Below are positions 39,739-50,491 of a stretch of 64,000 bases of DNA, one piece after another. Made by a program: the position numbers and the translations under genes. The notes beneath the pieces are model-generated. The model was not told the DNA's origin. It saw only the letters and a program-made list of their open reading frames with translations, and made no database searches. Position 1 is the first letter of the stretch, and each line of letters begins with the position of its first letter. The stretch covers positions 1 through 64,000 of the forward strand of contig CAVSGO010000004.1 in NCBI GenBank assembly GCA_963727525.1, in the 5' to 3' direction. This stretch comes from an uncultured bacterium (GTDB lineage: Bacteria > Krumholzibacteriota > Krumholzibacteriia > LZORAL124-64-63).

Positions 39739-41352
39739 ATGGTGGCGGCTTTTCGTCCAGTCCTCGTGCGTACTCTCCGGCTTGCGGACAGGATCGTTCC
39801 GGTTGGTCTACTGGCACTCGCTCTATTCACCAGCGCTGGCGAGGGCGGGGCCTCGGCGGCACCTGCCGCGCCGGTGCCGGGCGACGGCCCCTTCGACGTG
39901 ACCCTCTTTCACACCAACGACATCCATGGCGGCTTCCTGCCCGCACCGGCGAGCTGGCGTCCGGATCGAGCCGAGGTGGGCGGCGTCGTCGCTCTGGCCC
40001 GGCACCTCGCCCACGAGCGGCGGACGGCGGCACCGGTGATGGTGATGGTGGACGCCGGCGATTTCATGACGGGCAATCCCGTGACGGCCCTGTCTGACGA
40101 CGGCGTCATCGGCACCGCCATGGCGGCACTCCTCGGCGATTTCCCGTACGACGCCGGCGTGGTCGGGAACCACGAGTTCGACACGGGGAGCGCGAACGTG
40201 GTGCGCCTGGCGGCCCGGTTCCCATATCCGCTCCTCGCGGCCGACCTCGTCGACACCGCGGGGGCTCCGCTGGTCCGTACCGAGCCCGTGGTGGTGGAGC
40301 GCGAGGGGCTGAAGATCGGCATCATGGGCGTGTCCTGCGCCTCTCTGCGCGACCTCTGCGCGGAGAGCCGTCTGGTGGACGTCGTCCTGCGCGACCAGGT
40401 GCCCGTGCTGCGTGCCCAGCTCGCCGATCTGGTGCCCCGCACCGATCTGCAGATCCTCATCACGCATGACGGCGTGGACGGCGATCGCGACCTCGCGCAT
40501 CGCCTGGCCGACACCGGACTGGACGTGATCGTCGGCGGACATAGCCACACGCGCCTGGAGGAGCCGCTGGACGTGGACGGCATCCTCGTGGTGCAGGCCG
40601 GCAGCAATCTCAAGAATCTCGGCCGCCTCGATCTCGCCCTCGACGACGGCCACGTGACCCGGTACCGCGGGGCCCTGATCGAGTTGACGGCCGATTCCAC
40701 GGTGGGCCCCGCACCCGAGCCGCTGATCGCCGCCGTGGAGCACGACGAGGCTGCGATCCAGGAGACCTACGGCAAGTCGGTGGGCGAGCTGGCCGTGCCG
40801 TGGCGGCGCAATTCGCAAGGGGAGAGCAACCTGGGCGATTGGCTCTGCGATCGCCTGCGCGAGCGTGCCGGCGCCGAAGTCGCCTTCGTCAACAGCGGTG
40901 GGATCCGGCGCGGACTCGAACCCGGTCCGATCACCCTGCTCGACATTTACGAGATGCTCCCGTTCGCCAACGCCCTCGTCGTACTCGACATGGGCGGCGG
41001 CGATCTGAGGACGATCGCTCGGGCGAACGCGCAGGCGGCGCTCGACAGATCCTATGGGATCCTGCAGGTCTCCGGTCTGACGTATGCCTACCGCGAGCTG
41101 GACGGGCGGGCGGAACTGGTGGATGTGCGTGTGGGAGGACGGCCCTTGCAGGACGGCCAGACCTACCGCGTGGCGTTACCCGACTACGTGGCTCAGATGC
41201 GCCACGTCTACCTCGCCGACGTCGCGCTGCCGCCGTACCGCGAGGTCGGTGGCACGCTCTACGACGCGATCGTGGCCGCGCTCGCGGACACGCGAGGTCC
41301 GGTGCGCAGCGAGATCGAGGGGCGGATGCGCCAGGTCGAGACGGCCGACTGA
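39739..41352 (+). CDS. Bifunctional UDP-sugar hydrolase/5'-nucleotidase
   Basis: HTNDIHG, DAGD, GNHEFD, THDG, GGHSH, NSGGIR, PFAN, QVSGL. Confidence 0.9.
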   Translation: MVAAFRPVLVRTLRLADRIVPVGLLALALFTSAGEGGASAAPAAPVPGDGPFDVTLFHTNDIHGGFLPAPASWRPDRAEVGGVVALARHLAHERRTAAPVMVMVDAGDFMTGNPVTALSDDGVIGTAMAALLGDFPYDAGVVGNHEFDTGSANVVRLAARFPYPLLAADLVDTAGAPLVRTEPVVVEREGLKIGIMGVSCASLRDLCAESRLVDVVLRDQVPVLRAQLADLVPRTDLQILITHDGVDGDRDLAHRLADTGLDVIVGGHSHTRLEEPLDVDGILVVQAGSNLKNLGRLDLALDDGHVTRYRGALIELTADSTVGPAPEPLIAAVEHDEAAIQETYGKSVGELAVPWRRNSQGESNLGDWLCDRLRERAGAEVAFVNSGGIRRGLEPGPITLLDIYEMLPFANALVVLDMGGGDLRTIARANAQAALDRSYGILQVSGLTYAYRELDGRAELVDVRVGGRPLQDGQTYRVALPDYVAQMRHVYLADVALPPYREVGGTLYDAIVAALADTRGPVRSEIEGRMRQVETAD

Positions 41353-41796
41353 CCCGCGGCTCGCCGGGCGGGTTGATGTGAGGATTTCGTTTCCACGCGC
41401 CCTTTTCCGGCTACGGGATTGGTGGGAGTTCTCACGGCCGGCCCTTTTCCTGGCGTTTTTTTGTAAGTTGTTGTTGTGCAATGTTCCAGGATGATATCGC
41501 ACAGGCGCTATCACGTCATCCTCATGGCCTACGCACTGGCGGTGGGGTAGGCCCCATCTTTTTCACCCTCGCGCGGCGGTGTGTGATAGCGTCGACGAAA
41601 CACCGATCGGAGCGGGGACGTACGATGGAACCGCCGCCAGGACACGAAACCCAGGACCCGAACAGGAGCTGACTGGAAAGACAACGTCGCAACCGCACCG
41701 CCCCGAAGACAGCAGCTCCTTCAGGCCCCCCGATCTCCCGGGCCCCCTGCCGCGGCACCACGCTTCGGCCGCAGGCCGTCGCAAGGAGGAGCAATC

Positions 41797-42282
41797 ATGG
41801 CAGCGCACATTTTCAGTGTCGATTACTACTACACGATGGTCGAGGACCAGCCTGGGCAGGGCTGCCGGTTTCTCAAGGTCCTCGCATCGGAGGAAGTGAA
41901 TCTCCTTGCCTTCAATGCGTTTCCCCTCGGACACGACAAGACCCAGCTCGTGATCTATCCTCTGAACGCCACCTGGCTGGCCGAGGTGGCGCGCCGCCAG
42001 GGGCTCACGCTGAATGGCCCCCACCACGCGTTTCTCGTGCAGGGCGACGACGAGCTGGGCGCCCTGCTGACGATTCACCAGAAGCTCTGCAACTCCAGCA
42101 TCAACGTGGCGAGCAGCACCGGGGTCGTCGACGGCCGCGGCGGGTACCGCTACATCCTGCACGTGCATCCGGAGAACTTCGAGACCGCGCAGAAGGTGCT
42201 GGGAGTCGAGCAGAATCTGCAGCGCTGGGCCGACTTCCATCTCAAGCTGCCGCGGCGATTCGAGGCCAAGGCGGTCGGCTAG
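41797..42282 (+). CDS. Hypothetical protein, tandem ACT-like domains
   Basis: AAGGAGG RBS; 'VEDQPGQG..FLKVLA..EVNL' and 'GDDELGAL..IHQKL..SSINV' ACT-like repeats. Confidence 0.6.
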   Translation: MAAHIFSVDYYYTMVEDQPGQGCRFLKVLASEEVNLLAFNAFPLGHDKTQLVIYPLNATWLAEVARRQGLTLNGPHHAFLVQGDDELGALLTIHQKLCNSSINVASSTGVVDGRGGYRYILHVHPENFETAQKVLGVEQNLQRWADFHLKLPRRFEAKAVG

Positions 42283-42418
42283 GATGGACTCGGGGCACCC
42301 CTGACGGCGTCGCCGGCTGGCTCTCGGGGCGGGCGGCGCCGTCGTCCCGGGCTTGCCCCGACGGGGGCGCTGCGGCTACCTTGCCACCTTGCCTGTCACG
42401 TGGCGAGGTAGCGTCCGG

Positions 42419-43228
42419 ATGATCCAGCCCACCGATATCCACGACCGTGACCGCACGACTGGTCAGGTGCGCGACCCGCAGGCCCATGCCCGGGCGGTGC
42501 GGTCGATGTTTGCGCGCATCAGTGGCGTGTACGACAGGATGAATCACCTCCTGTCGCTGAACCTCGATCGCCGCTGGCGGCGGCACGTGGCTACCCGCCT
42601 CGACGACGACGTGTGGGAGATCCTGGATCTGTGCGCCGGCACCGGCGACCTCGCGCTGGCTTGCCGCGCCGCCGGCCGCGGCCGGGCCTGGCTGGCGATG
42701 GATTTCACGCCCGAGATGCTGCGCCGCGGCAAGCCCAAGCCCGGTGGCGAGGCGCTTGCTTGGGTGGCCGGCGATGGACTCGGCCTGCCGCTGTGCGATG
42801 CGTGTGTCGACGCCGTGGTCGTGGGGTTCGGCGTGCGCAACCTGGCGGACCTCCGGGGCGGCGTGCGCGAGATGGCGCGTGTCCTGCGGCCCGGCGGCCA
42901 GCTCCTCGTGCTCGACTTCTTTCGCGCCGATCCCGACGGCGTTGGCGAACTTCGCGGTCCGCGCCGTGCCGTCCGCGCGCTGCTCGGACTGGCGGTGCCT
43001 CTGCTGGGCCGGCTCGCAGGTGGCGACGGTGCGGCCTACGGCTACCTGCCCGCGAGCATGGATCGGTTCGTCACGCCGCGGGATTTCGGCGAGCTGTTGC
43101 GCGAAGCGGGGTTTGCGGAGATCGTCGTGGCGCGCCAGACGTTGGGCGTGGCGCATATCGTCGGTGGGCGGTTCCCCTTGCCCGCGTGGGACGGACCCGG
43201 TCAGGCTCACTCCCGCCAGAAGATGTGA
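42419..43228 (+). CDS. menG: UbiE/MenG demethylmenaquinone methyltransferase
   Basis: MFARI...YDRMN..LS...DRRWR, LDLCAGTGD, FGVRN, EM.RVLRPGG, YGYLPAS. Confidence 0.85.
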   Translation: MIQPTDIHDRDRTTGQVRDPQAHARAVRSMFARISGVYDRMNHLLSLNLDRRWRRHVATRLDDDVWEILDLCAGTGDLALACRAAGRGRAWLAMDFTPEMLRRGKPKPGGEALAWVAGDGLGLPLCDACVDAVVVGFGVRNLADLRGGVREMARVLRPGGQLLVLDFFRADPDGVGELRGPRRAVRALLGLAVPLLGRLAGGDGAAYGYLPASMDRFVTPRDFGELLREAGFAEIVVARQTLGVAHIVGGRFPLPAWDGPGQAHSRQKM

Positions 43229-44022
43229 AAGCCGTAGTCCGTCTCCACGACCGGGGAGACGGTGTCGGGTGCCAGGGAGAAGAGCACGTCGTCGACGTCC
43301 TGGGCGAGCACCCCGGGTTCCACCAGCCCCAGGTCGCCGCAATCGAGGCGGCTGTGCGGATCGTCCGAGTACCTGCGGGCGAGTGCGCAAAGATCGGCGC
43401 CTGGCGCGGCCGCTTCCTTCTGCAATGCCGTGGCCTCGCGCAGCGCCTCGTCACGGGTACGCGTGACGCCGGCCGCGGCCTTGGACGCCTCGCGCCAGGC
43501 GACGAGAATGTGGTGGGCATGGACGCGGCGCACGGGGTCGCGACGGATCACGTGCCAGCCGTACGTCGTCTCGATGGGTTCACTGATGGCTCCTTCCGCC
43601 AGGTTGAACACCGTGGTCTCGAAGAGCGGGTCCATCTCGCCGTGATGGAAGATCCCCACGTACCCGCCGTTTCGCGCCACCGTGGGGTCGTCGGAATACT
43701 TGCGCGCCAGGTTGGAGAAATCGCCGCGCCCGGTGCGCAGCAGCACCGCGATGTGGCGTGCGCGTTCCTCGGCCTGCGCGCGGGTGCGCGTGACGCCTGC
43801 CGGACAGTCGCGGCAGCCGGTGTAGGCCACGAGAATGTGGCTGGCCGCTGCCTCCTCGACGCCCTTCGCCGTCGCGCGCGCTTGCGCCTCGTTGGTTTGC
43901 CGCGCCGCGGCGTGGTGGCTCGAAAGGCGGCAACCGACGAGCAAAGACATCGATGCGAGACCAGCCAGACTCGCCAGCAGGATGCACCGTGATCGTGGGG
44001 ATGTGTGGTGTTTCGTGATCAT
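43207..44022 (-). CDS. Parvulin-type peptidyl-prolyl isomerase with two PpiC domains, probable lipoprotein
   Basis: LLVGC lipobox; two copies of ..HILV..., LAR.YSDDP, ET.YG.HI. Confidence 0.88.
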   Translation of the reverse strand: MITKHHTSPRSRCILLASLAGLASMSLLVGCRLSSHHAAARQTNEAQARATAKGVEEAAASHILVAYTGCRDCPAGVTRTRAQAEERARHIAVLLRTGRGDFSNLARKYSDDPTVARNGGYVGIFHHGEMDPLFETTVFNLAEGAISEPIETTYGWHVIRRDPVRRVHAHHILVAWREASKAAAGVTRTRDEALREATALQKEAAAPGADLCALARRYSDDPHSRLDCGDLGLVEPGVLAQDVDDVLFSLAPDTVSPVVETDYGFHIFWRE

Positions 44023-44030
44023 CGTCGTGG

Positions 44031-44933
44031 TCAGGGATCCGAGGGGGGAATGTCCTCTCGTGAACCCGGACCTTGAAACTTGGGCTCGCCGGCGAGTTCC
44101 AGAATTCGCGACGCCAGGATGTGGTAGATCTGTAATTCCCAGTTCACCATGCCGGCCCGCAGGTGGAGCTGACGCAGGTAGGTGAGGAACTTGCGGCGTT
44201 CGAATTCCGTGTACGCGAGCGCTTCCATGGCGGCCGCCAGGTGGCCGTACATGGTGTCCAGCTCGAGCTGGGTCGGCAGCCGCGTGGTGCGGTGGGGATG
44301 GCGCACCGACATCTCCGGCCGCGGCGGCGGAGCGCCGGCGCGGGTGCCGATGCCCACCCAGTCTTCCTTGCCCTGGGTCCGAAGCCAGGCACGCCGCACC
44401 TCCCACGCATAGAGCATCACCGCCTGCGCCAGGTTGAGCGATGGCTGGCTCTCGTCGGTGGGCACCATCGAGAGAAAGCGGCAGATGTCGACCTCGTCGT
44501 TCGTCAGACCCGTGCGCTCGGTCCCGAAGAGGATGGCGACACGTCCCTCGCGGGCGTGTGCCACCACGCGATCGGCGAGATCGTGGGGCGGCAGCAGCGC
44601 GCTCTTGCGCAGTTGGCGCCGCCGGGCCGTGGTGCCACAGACCACCTGGCAGTCGGCGATCGCCTCGTCGATCGTGCCCACGACCTCCGCCGCCTCGAGC
44701 ACGTCCTCCGCCCCGTGAGCGAGGGACCGCGCAGTGCGGCCCTTGGGGTTGAGGGGATCGATCAGGCGCAGGCGCGTCAGGCCCATCGTCTTCATCGCTC
44801 GGCACGTTGCGCCGATGTTTGCGGGTTCGGATGTGCGGCTCAGGACAATGACGACATGGTCGAGGAGCGCGGGCCCCTGCGCGCCGACTGGCGCGGCGGG
44901 TACGGTGGGTTCGGGGCGATCATCGCGGGTCAT
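44031..44933 (-). CDS. trmJ: TrmJ/LasT-family SPOUT RNA methyltransferase
   Basis: P.NIGA.CRAMK.MG, GTTAR, FGTERTGLTNDE, SLNLAQAV. Confidence 0.85.
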   Translation of the reverse strand: MTRDDRPEPTVPAAPVGAQGPALLDHVVIVLSRTSEPANIGATCRAMKTMGLTRLRLIDPLNPKGRTARSLAHGAEDVLEAAEVVGTIDEAIADCQVVCGTTARRRQLRKSALLPPHDLADRVVAHAREGRVAILFGTERTGLTNDEVDICRFLSMVPTDESQPSLNLAQAVMLYAWEVRRAWLRTQGKEDWVGIGTRAGAPPPRPEMSVRHPHRTTRLPTQLELDTMYGHLAAAMEALAYTEFERRKFLTYLRQLHLRAGMVNWELQIYHILASRILELAGEPKFQGPGSREDIPPSDP

Positions 44934-44939
44934 GGCGCG

Positions 44940-46229
44940 TCACGCGGTGGCGACCGCGCGGCTCAGTAGCACCAGCGTCTCGAGTTGCGCGGTCTGGGGA
45001 AACATCTCGAGAGGCCGCACGCGCTCCACCGTGTAACCACCGGCCACGAAGGCGGCACAATCGCGGGCGAGTGTGGCAGGATCGCAACTCAGATACACGA
45101 CGTGTGAAGGCTGCAGGGCGGCCAGAGCCTCGGTGACGGACTTACCCAGGCCCGTGCGCGGCGGATCCACGATGACGATCGCCGATGCCCACGGAAACGT
45201 CTCGCAAAGCGCCGGGTCGGCCAGCGCGGCCTCCACGTCGAGTGCCTTGACGGTGACGCGGCCGCGTGCGGACGTGTCGCGGCGCACATTGTTCTCGAGA
45301 TCGCGCACTGCACTCTCGTTCGCCTCGACAGCCAGGACCGGATCGCCGAGATCCGCGAGGCCCAGGGCGAAGAGCCCGACGCCGCTGTAGAGATCGACGA
45401 GCGGACCCGGCGCGTCGCGCAGTTCGCCGAGCCAGGCCCGCACCGTCGTCACGGCGTCCAGCGCAGCCGCGTGGTTGCTCTGGAAGAAGCTGAGATGACT
45501 CACGCGATAGCGGTGGTCGCCCACCGACACGACGACGTAATCATGGCCCCAGACGGGCATGTTGTTGTACATCACGCCCACGAGTCCGTCCGGAAGCTGG
45601 CCCTCGGCCAGGATGCGCTTCAGGGACTTCTGCCGCTGTGGTGGTCCGTAGAGACTGAGCAACCAGCCGCCTCGCCCGTCGAGGCGCACGAGGACCTGGT
45701 CCACGGGCGGAATCTGACGCAGCCAGGGCAGGATGGTGTCCTGGAATAGCGGCGGCATGACGGCGCAGGTCTGTAGCGGCACCACGTCGTGGGACCCCCG
45801 CCGCTTCAGGCCGTAGTGGCCGGTAGGATGGGCCGTGAGGCGGATACGGTTGCGGTGTCCGAGGCTGGGACAGTCCGCGGGCGGGGGCGCCAGGTGGTCG
45901 GCCACGTCGAGCCCGCCGAGTCGGCGTAGGCAGTCGAGCAGGATCTCGCGCCGCGCCGCCGTCTGCGCCGCCTCGTCGAGGTGCTGGAGATCGCATCCGC
46001 CGCAGTCGCCATAGTGGGGGCACGGCGCGTCCCGGCGGCCCGGGCCGGGCGTCACGACACGCAGCAACTCGGCTTCGGCAAAGCCCTTGCGATTGGGGCC
46101 GATCCTGGCCTCGACCACGTCTCCCGGCGCCGTGAGCGGGACGAACACGGCGCGCCCATCGTGCCGGGCCAGGCCAGCGCCGCCGGTGACGAGCTTATCG
46201 ATGGTGAGCTCGACGGTTTCTTTTTGCAT
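44940..46229 (-). CDS. rlmD: TRAM-domain 23S rRNA m5U methyltransferase (RlmD/RumA family)
   Basis: TRAM domain; CPHYGDCGGC Fe-S motif; SFFQSN, DLYSGVG, DPPRTG, YLSCDPATLARD, MFPQT. Confidence 0.85.
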   Translation of the reverse strand: MQKETVELTIDKLVTGGAGLARHDGRAVFVPLTAPGDVVEARIGPNRKGFAEAELLRVVTPGPGRRDAPCPHYGDCGGCDLQHLDEAAQTAARREILLDCLRRLGGLDVADHLAPPPADCPSLGHRNRIRLTAHPTGHYGLKRRGSHDVVPLQTCAVMPPLFQDTILPWLRQIPPVDQVLVRLDGRGGWLLSLYGPPQRQKSLKRILAEGQLPDGLVGVMYNNMPVWGHDYVVVSVGDHRYRVSHLSFFQSNHAAALDAVTTVRAWLGELRDAPGPLVDLYSGVGLFALGLADLGDPVLAVEANESAVRDLENNVRRDTSARGRVTVKALDVEAALADPALCETFPWASAIVIVDPPRTGLGKSVTEALAALQPSHVVYLSCDPATLARDCAAFVAGGYTVERVRPLEMFPQTAQLETLVLLSRAVATA

Positions 46230-46392
46230 CGGCCAACCTTAACATCCCGGCCACGGGGCGGCCACCTCGATGTACCTCGAAGATTGTTGACGGCCGCCTG
46301 GCCAGTCGGGCGGTACAACGTTCTTCGTGGTACGAGGCGCGACATGTGGCATGAAGATCGCTATGATGGACCCAGCGCCAAGGAGGAACCAG

Positions 46393-47028
46393 GTGACGGC
46401 ACACCGCCACCCGACAAGGCTGTCGCTACTCGTCGTGCTGGTGGCCGTAGCCGCCGGATGTGCCCCGAAACGGGTGCTACGCGACGGCCATGCGCTCGCG
46501 CCCGGTGAGGAGCCCTATGCCGTGGTCGTGCCGACGCCGACCCGGCCAGCGCTTTCCGACACCGTGGCGACGGCGCCCGCCCCCGCCACGCGTGTGCTCG
46601 CGGGTGGCCATGCTGACCTGCCGGCCCCGCGGGGCTACGAGGTCGTGACCGTGGCCCGTGAGCAGGTCGGGATTCCCTACCGCTACGGTGGCGCCAGTCC
46701 CCGGAACGGTTTCGATTGCAGCGGCCTCGTCCAGTGGACCTACGGGCGTATCGGCGTCGCCCTGCCGCGCACCGCGGCAGGGCAAGCGCGGGTGGGGCAA
46801 CCGGTCGACCGCCATGCCCTGGAAGCGGGAGATCTGCTCTTCTTCGCCACCCGCGGCGGTGCATCCATCACGCACGTAGGCATCTATCTGGGAAAACAGC
46901 GCTTCGTGCATGCCCCGGGAACCGGCGATCACGTGCGGACGGATTCGCTGAACGACGCCTGGTGGAGGCAGCGCTGGAAGGCCACCCGCCGCGTCCTGGA
47001 TACGGGATCGGCACAGGCCATGCGGTAG
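46393..47028 (+). CDS. NlpC/P60 (C40) cell-wall peptidase lipoprotein
   Basis: GTG after AGGAGG; VAAGC lipobox; PYRYGG...GFDCSG, LPRT, GDLLFF, HVGIY, FVHAP. Confidence 0.9.
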   Translation: MTAHRHPTRLSLLVVLVAVAAGCAPKRVLRDGHALAPGEEPYAVVVPTPTRPALSDTVATAPAPATRVLAGGHADLPAPRGYEVVTVAREQVGIPYRYGGASPRNGFDCSGLVQWTYGRIGVALPRTAAGQARVGQPVDRHALEAGDLLFFATRGGASITHVGIYLGKQRFVHAPGTGDHVRTDSLNDAWWRQRWKATRRVLDTGSAQAMR

Positions 47029-47156
47029 ATCTTTCCTCGTCGTGCGGGCGAATTCCCCGCCCCTGCCAAGAATTCCGACTATAAAGATTGCCGCAAGTTC
47101 TTTTCATGGCGTGAGATTTCCGATTCATCACCGCACAGGTTTCGCAACCTCCGGCG

Positions 47157-47171
47157 TGGCACGCCGCTTGC
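47157..47171 (+). promoter_or_regulatory. Sigma54 (-24/-12) promoter of the che operon
   Basis: TGGCAC-GCCGC-TTGC, exact consensus spacing, ~80 bp upstream of the cheA start. Confidence 0.75.
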
Positions 47172-47252
47172 CCCCGGTCGGACGCAGACCGGTACCGTCC
47201 GTACCGGCGGTATCCGGCGCAAGATCGCGTGGGCCCAGGCAGGGGATGTTCC

Positions 47253-49919
47253 ATGAAGACCAAGGATGCGCGGACGCAGGCCGAAGAGGTTTCCCAGGCA
47301 CTTGTCTTCGTCGACCCCGGCGATATCGGGAGCATCAGCCCCGTGGCGGCGTCGCTCGACGAGCTCGCGGACGCATTGCGCGCCGAGGGCCGCGATCGCG
47401 AGGCCGCAGCAGTGTCGGCGGCGGCCGGATTCGCACGCTCCTGCCTGGAATCCGGACAGATACTTCCGACCCTGCTCGAGGCCATCGGCAAGGCCGTCGA
47501 GGGGCTTCAGCTCTGTCTCGATGGGCATGCCACATTCGAAGAAGTTGCCGACATCCTGACCATCGACGGTGAGACCACCGTGGGGGAGGGCGGCGACGCA
47601 GAGCCCGGCGATGGGACGACACCACCGGGGCTTACCGTGTCCACCATCGTCGACGAAGCCATCGTGAGCGAGTTCCTCGCCCGCCAGACCGACGCGATGC
47701 CGGACGTCGAGAAGCTCATCATGGCGCTCGAGAACGCGGCCAACGATGCGACGGCCGAGGAACTGAAGCGCTGGTTCCACACGCTGAAGGGTGAATCGGG
47801 GCTTCTCGGTTTGACCGACGTGGCCGAACTGTGCCACGCCACCGAAGACATGATGCAGGCCGAGCCCTTGCCGGTGTGTATCGACCGGCTCCTGGCGGTG
47901 AAGGACTGGATGCAGAGCACGTTCGACTACATCGCCAAGAGCGGACCTAATCCGGTGCCCGTGGCCGAGTTGCTGGCCGCGTTGCAGGAGACGGCGCCGG
48001 TCGTGATCGCCGCGGCAGATTCCGCGACGGCGACCCCCGCGTCCGACCACCTCGATCTGGCCGCCGTGAATCTGCCCGACTACACCGACCGTAGTCTGCT
48101 AGATGGCGATGTCGGCTTGATCCAGGACTTTATCGGCGAGTCGAACGAGCATCTCGACGCCGCCGAGGCGCACCTGCTGACGCTCGACGCCGACCCGCGC
48201 GAGGCCGAGGCGCTCAATGCCGTATTTCGCGGCTTCCACTCGATCAAGGGCCTGGCCGGGTTCTGCGAGCTCGACCACATCAAGGAACTGGCGCACAAGG
48301 CCGAGAACCTCCTCGACATGGCGCGCAAGGGCGAGATCGACCTCGCTGGCGGCATGATGGACCTGGTGTTCGAGTCGGTCGACCTGATGAAACGGCTGGT
48401 GGAGGAAGTCGCCAAGGCTCTTGCCGGCAATGGTTACCTGACGGCCGAGGACCGGCTACCGCGCCTCATCGTCCGGCTCGGCGCGGCGACGAGCAGCGAG
48501 GCCATCGCGGCCGCGCCGCGTCGCGAGACGCCCCCGGCGCCGCCACCCGAGCCCGCGCCACTCGCGGCGGGCACGGCGGGCAAGAGCGGATTCATCCCGC
48601 TCGCGAACCTGAAGAAGAAGGCGTCCCCCGCGGCGGCACCAGCCCAGCCGGCGCCGGTCACGAGCGGGCCGCCGCGCGCCGCCGGCGCGAACCAGGGCGT
48701 GAAGGTGAAGGAGGCGATGCGTGTCGACGCCGAGCGCCTCGATCGCCTCATCGATACGATCGGCGAGCTCGTGATCGCCGAGTCGATGGTGAGCCAGAAT
48801 CCGGAAGTGCGTCACGACATGTCCGTGAAGCTGGCCAAGGACCTCGACCATCTCGATAAGATCTCCCGCGAGCTGCAGGAGATCGGCATGTCCCTGCGCA
48901 TGGTGCCCGTGCGTCCGGTGTTCCAGAAGATGGCACGCCTGGTACGCGACCTCGCGAAGAAGACAGACCGCCATATCGAGTTCGTGATGTCGGGCGAGGA
49001 TACGGAACTCGACAAGAACGTGGTCGACAAGATCGGCGATCCGCTCGTACACATGGTGCGCAACGCCGTGGACCACGGCATCGAGGATTCGGCCGCGGCC
49101 CGTCGCGCCGCCGGCAAGTCCGAGATGGGGCGCATCGAGCTGCGGGCGTTCCACAAGGGCGGCAATATCGTCATCGAGATCGAGGACGACGGCCGTGGGC
49201 TCAACCGCGAACGCATCCTGCAGAAAGCCTACGAGCGCGGTCTGCTGCGCGAGGGCGACGTGCCTTCGGATCGCGAGATCTTCAACCTCATCTTCGAACC
49301 GGGTTTCTCCACTGCGAAACAGGTGACCGACATCTCCGGCCGCGGCGTCGGCATGGACGTGGTGCGACGCAACATCGAGGAGTTGCGCGGGACGTGCGAG
49401 ATCCAGTCGTTGCCGGGCAAGGGTTCGGTATTCAGCGTGAAGCTGCCGCTGACGTTGGCGATCATCGAGGGCATGGTCGTCAGCTGCGCCAAGGAACATT
49501 ACATCATTCCTACGCTGTCGGTGGTGCGCCTGATCCGGCCGCAGGCCGACGACATCTTCAACATCTTCGACCGGGGCGAGATGCTCGCATTCGCGGACGA
49601 GCACCTGCCGCTTTTCCGGTTGCACCGCCTCTTCGATCTGACGACCGAGCATACCGACCCCACGCAGGCCGTGGTGGTGGTGGTGGAGGACGAGGGACGA
49701 CGGATCGGACTGCTCGCCGACGACCTGCTCGGCCAGCAATCGATCGTCATCAAGAGTCTCGGCGAGTCCATGCAGACCACCGAGGGCGTCGCCGGCGGCG
49801 CCATCATGTCCAACGGGACGGTGGCCCTGATCCTCGACGTGGCCGGACTCATCCGTGTGGCCCACGCGAACAACACGACAGGCACCGGCGTCGGCGAGAC
49901 GTCGGCGACCGCAGATTGA
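47253..49919 (+). CDS. cheA: Chemotaxis histidine kinase with two Hpt domains
   Basis: FHTLKG and FHSIKG Hpt motifs; RVDAERLD, DPLVHMVRNAVDHGIE, DDGRG, SGRGVGMDVV, LPLTLAII, P5 domain. Confidence 0.95.
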   Translation: MKTKDARTQAEEVSQALVFVDPGDIGSISPVAASLDELADALRAEGRDREAAAVSAAAGFARSCLESGQILPTLLEAIGKAVEGLQLCLDGHATFEEVADILTIDGETTVGEGGDAEPGDGTTPPGLTVSTIVDEAIVSEFLARQTDAMPDVEKLIMALENAANDATAEELKRWFHTLKGESGLLGLTDVAELCHATEDMMQAEPLPVCIDRLLAVKDWMQSTFDYIAKSGPNPVPVAELLAALQETAPVVIAAADSATATPASDHLDLAAVNLPDYTDRSLLDGDVGLIQDFIGESNEHLDAAEAHLLTLDADPREAEALNAVFRGFHSIKGLAGFCELDHIKELAHKAENLLDMARKGEIDLAGGMMDLVFESVDLMKRLVEEVAKALAGNGYLTAEDRLPRLIVRLGAATSSEAIAAAPRRETPPAPPPEPAPLAAGTAGKSGFIPLANLKKKASPAAAPAQPAPVTSGPPRAAGANQGVKVKEAMRVDAERLDRLIDTIGELVIAESMVSQNPEVRHDMSVKLAKDLDHLDKISRELQEIGMSLRMVPVRPVFQKMARLVRDLAKKTDRHIEFVMSGEDTELDKNVVDKIGDPLVHMVRNAVDHGIEDSAAARRAAGKSEMGRIELRAFHKGGNIVIEIEDDGRGLNRERILQKAYERGLLREGDVPSDREIFNLIFEPGFSTAKQVTDISGRGVGMDVVRRNIEELRGTCEIQSLPGKGSVFSVKLPLTLAIIEGMVVSCAKEHYIIPTLSVVRLIRPQADDIFNIFDRGEMLAFADEHLPLFRLHRLFDLTTEHTDPTQAVVVVVEDEGRRIGLLADDLLGQQSIVIKSLGESMQTTEGVAGGAIMSNGTVALILDVAGLIRVAHANNTTGTGVGETSATAD

Positions 49920-49940
49920 GCGCTCATGGAGGTAGCAACG

Positions 49941-50441
49941 ATGTCCACCGAAACGCAGCTGGCCATCCTGGCCAAGCCCGGAAAGTATCTCTCGTTCGTT
50001 CTCGGACGCGAGGAGTACGGACTGGAGATCCTGAAGGTCCAGGAGATCATCGGCATGATGACCGTCACCAAGGTGCCTCGAACGCCGCACTTCGTGCGCG
50101 GTGTTCTGAACCTGCGTGGTCGGGTGATCCCGGTGGTCGATCTGCGCGGCAAGTTCGCGATGGCGTCCGTCGAGGACACCGAGAAGACGTGCATCATCGT
50201 CGTCCAGGTCAGCCAGAACGATCTCACCGTGACGATGGGCATCATCGTCGACGAGGTGTCGGAGGTCCTGAACTTCGCGGTCGACCAGATCGAACCCGCG
50301 CCCAGCTTCGGTGGCGGCATGGAAGCCGCCGACTACATCACAGGTATGGGCAAGCTCGGCAAGAAGGTCGTGATCCTGCTCGATGTCGACCGCGTGCTTT
50401 ACGGCGAGGAACTGGCCGCGATCGCGCACGCGGCCCAGTAA
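49941..50441 (+). CDS. cheW: Chemotaxis adaptor
   Basis: YLSF.LG.EEYG, GVLNLRGRVIPVVDL, GIIVDEVSEV. Confidence 0.95.
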   Translation: MSTETQLAILAKPGKYLSFVLGREEYGLEILKVQEIIGMMTVTKVPRTPHFVRGVLNLRGRVIPVVDLRGKFAMASVEDTEKTCIIVVQVSQNDLTVTMGIIVDEVSEVLNFAVDQIEPAPSFGGGMEAADYITGMGKLGKKVVILLDVDRVLYGEELAAIAHAAQ

Positions 50442-50491
50442 TCTCCCCAACCGCTTCCGCGGCGCGCAGGCGAACCACGGAAGCCAGGCGG

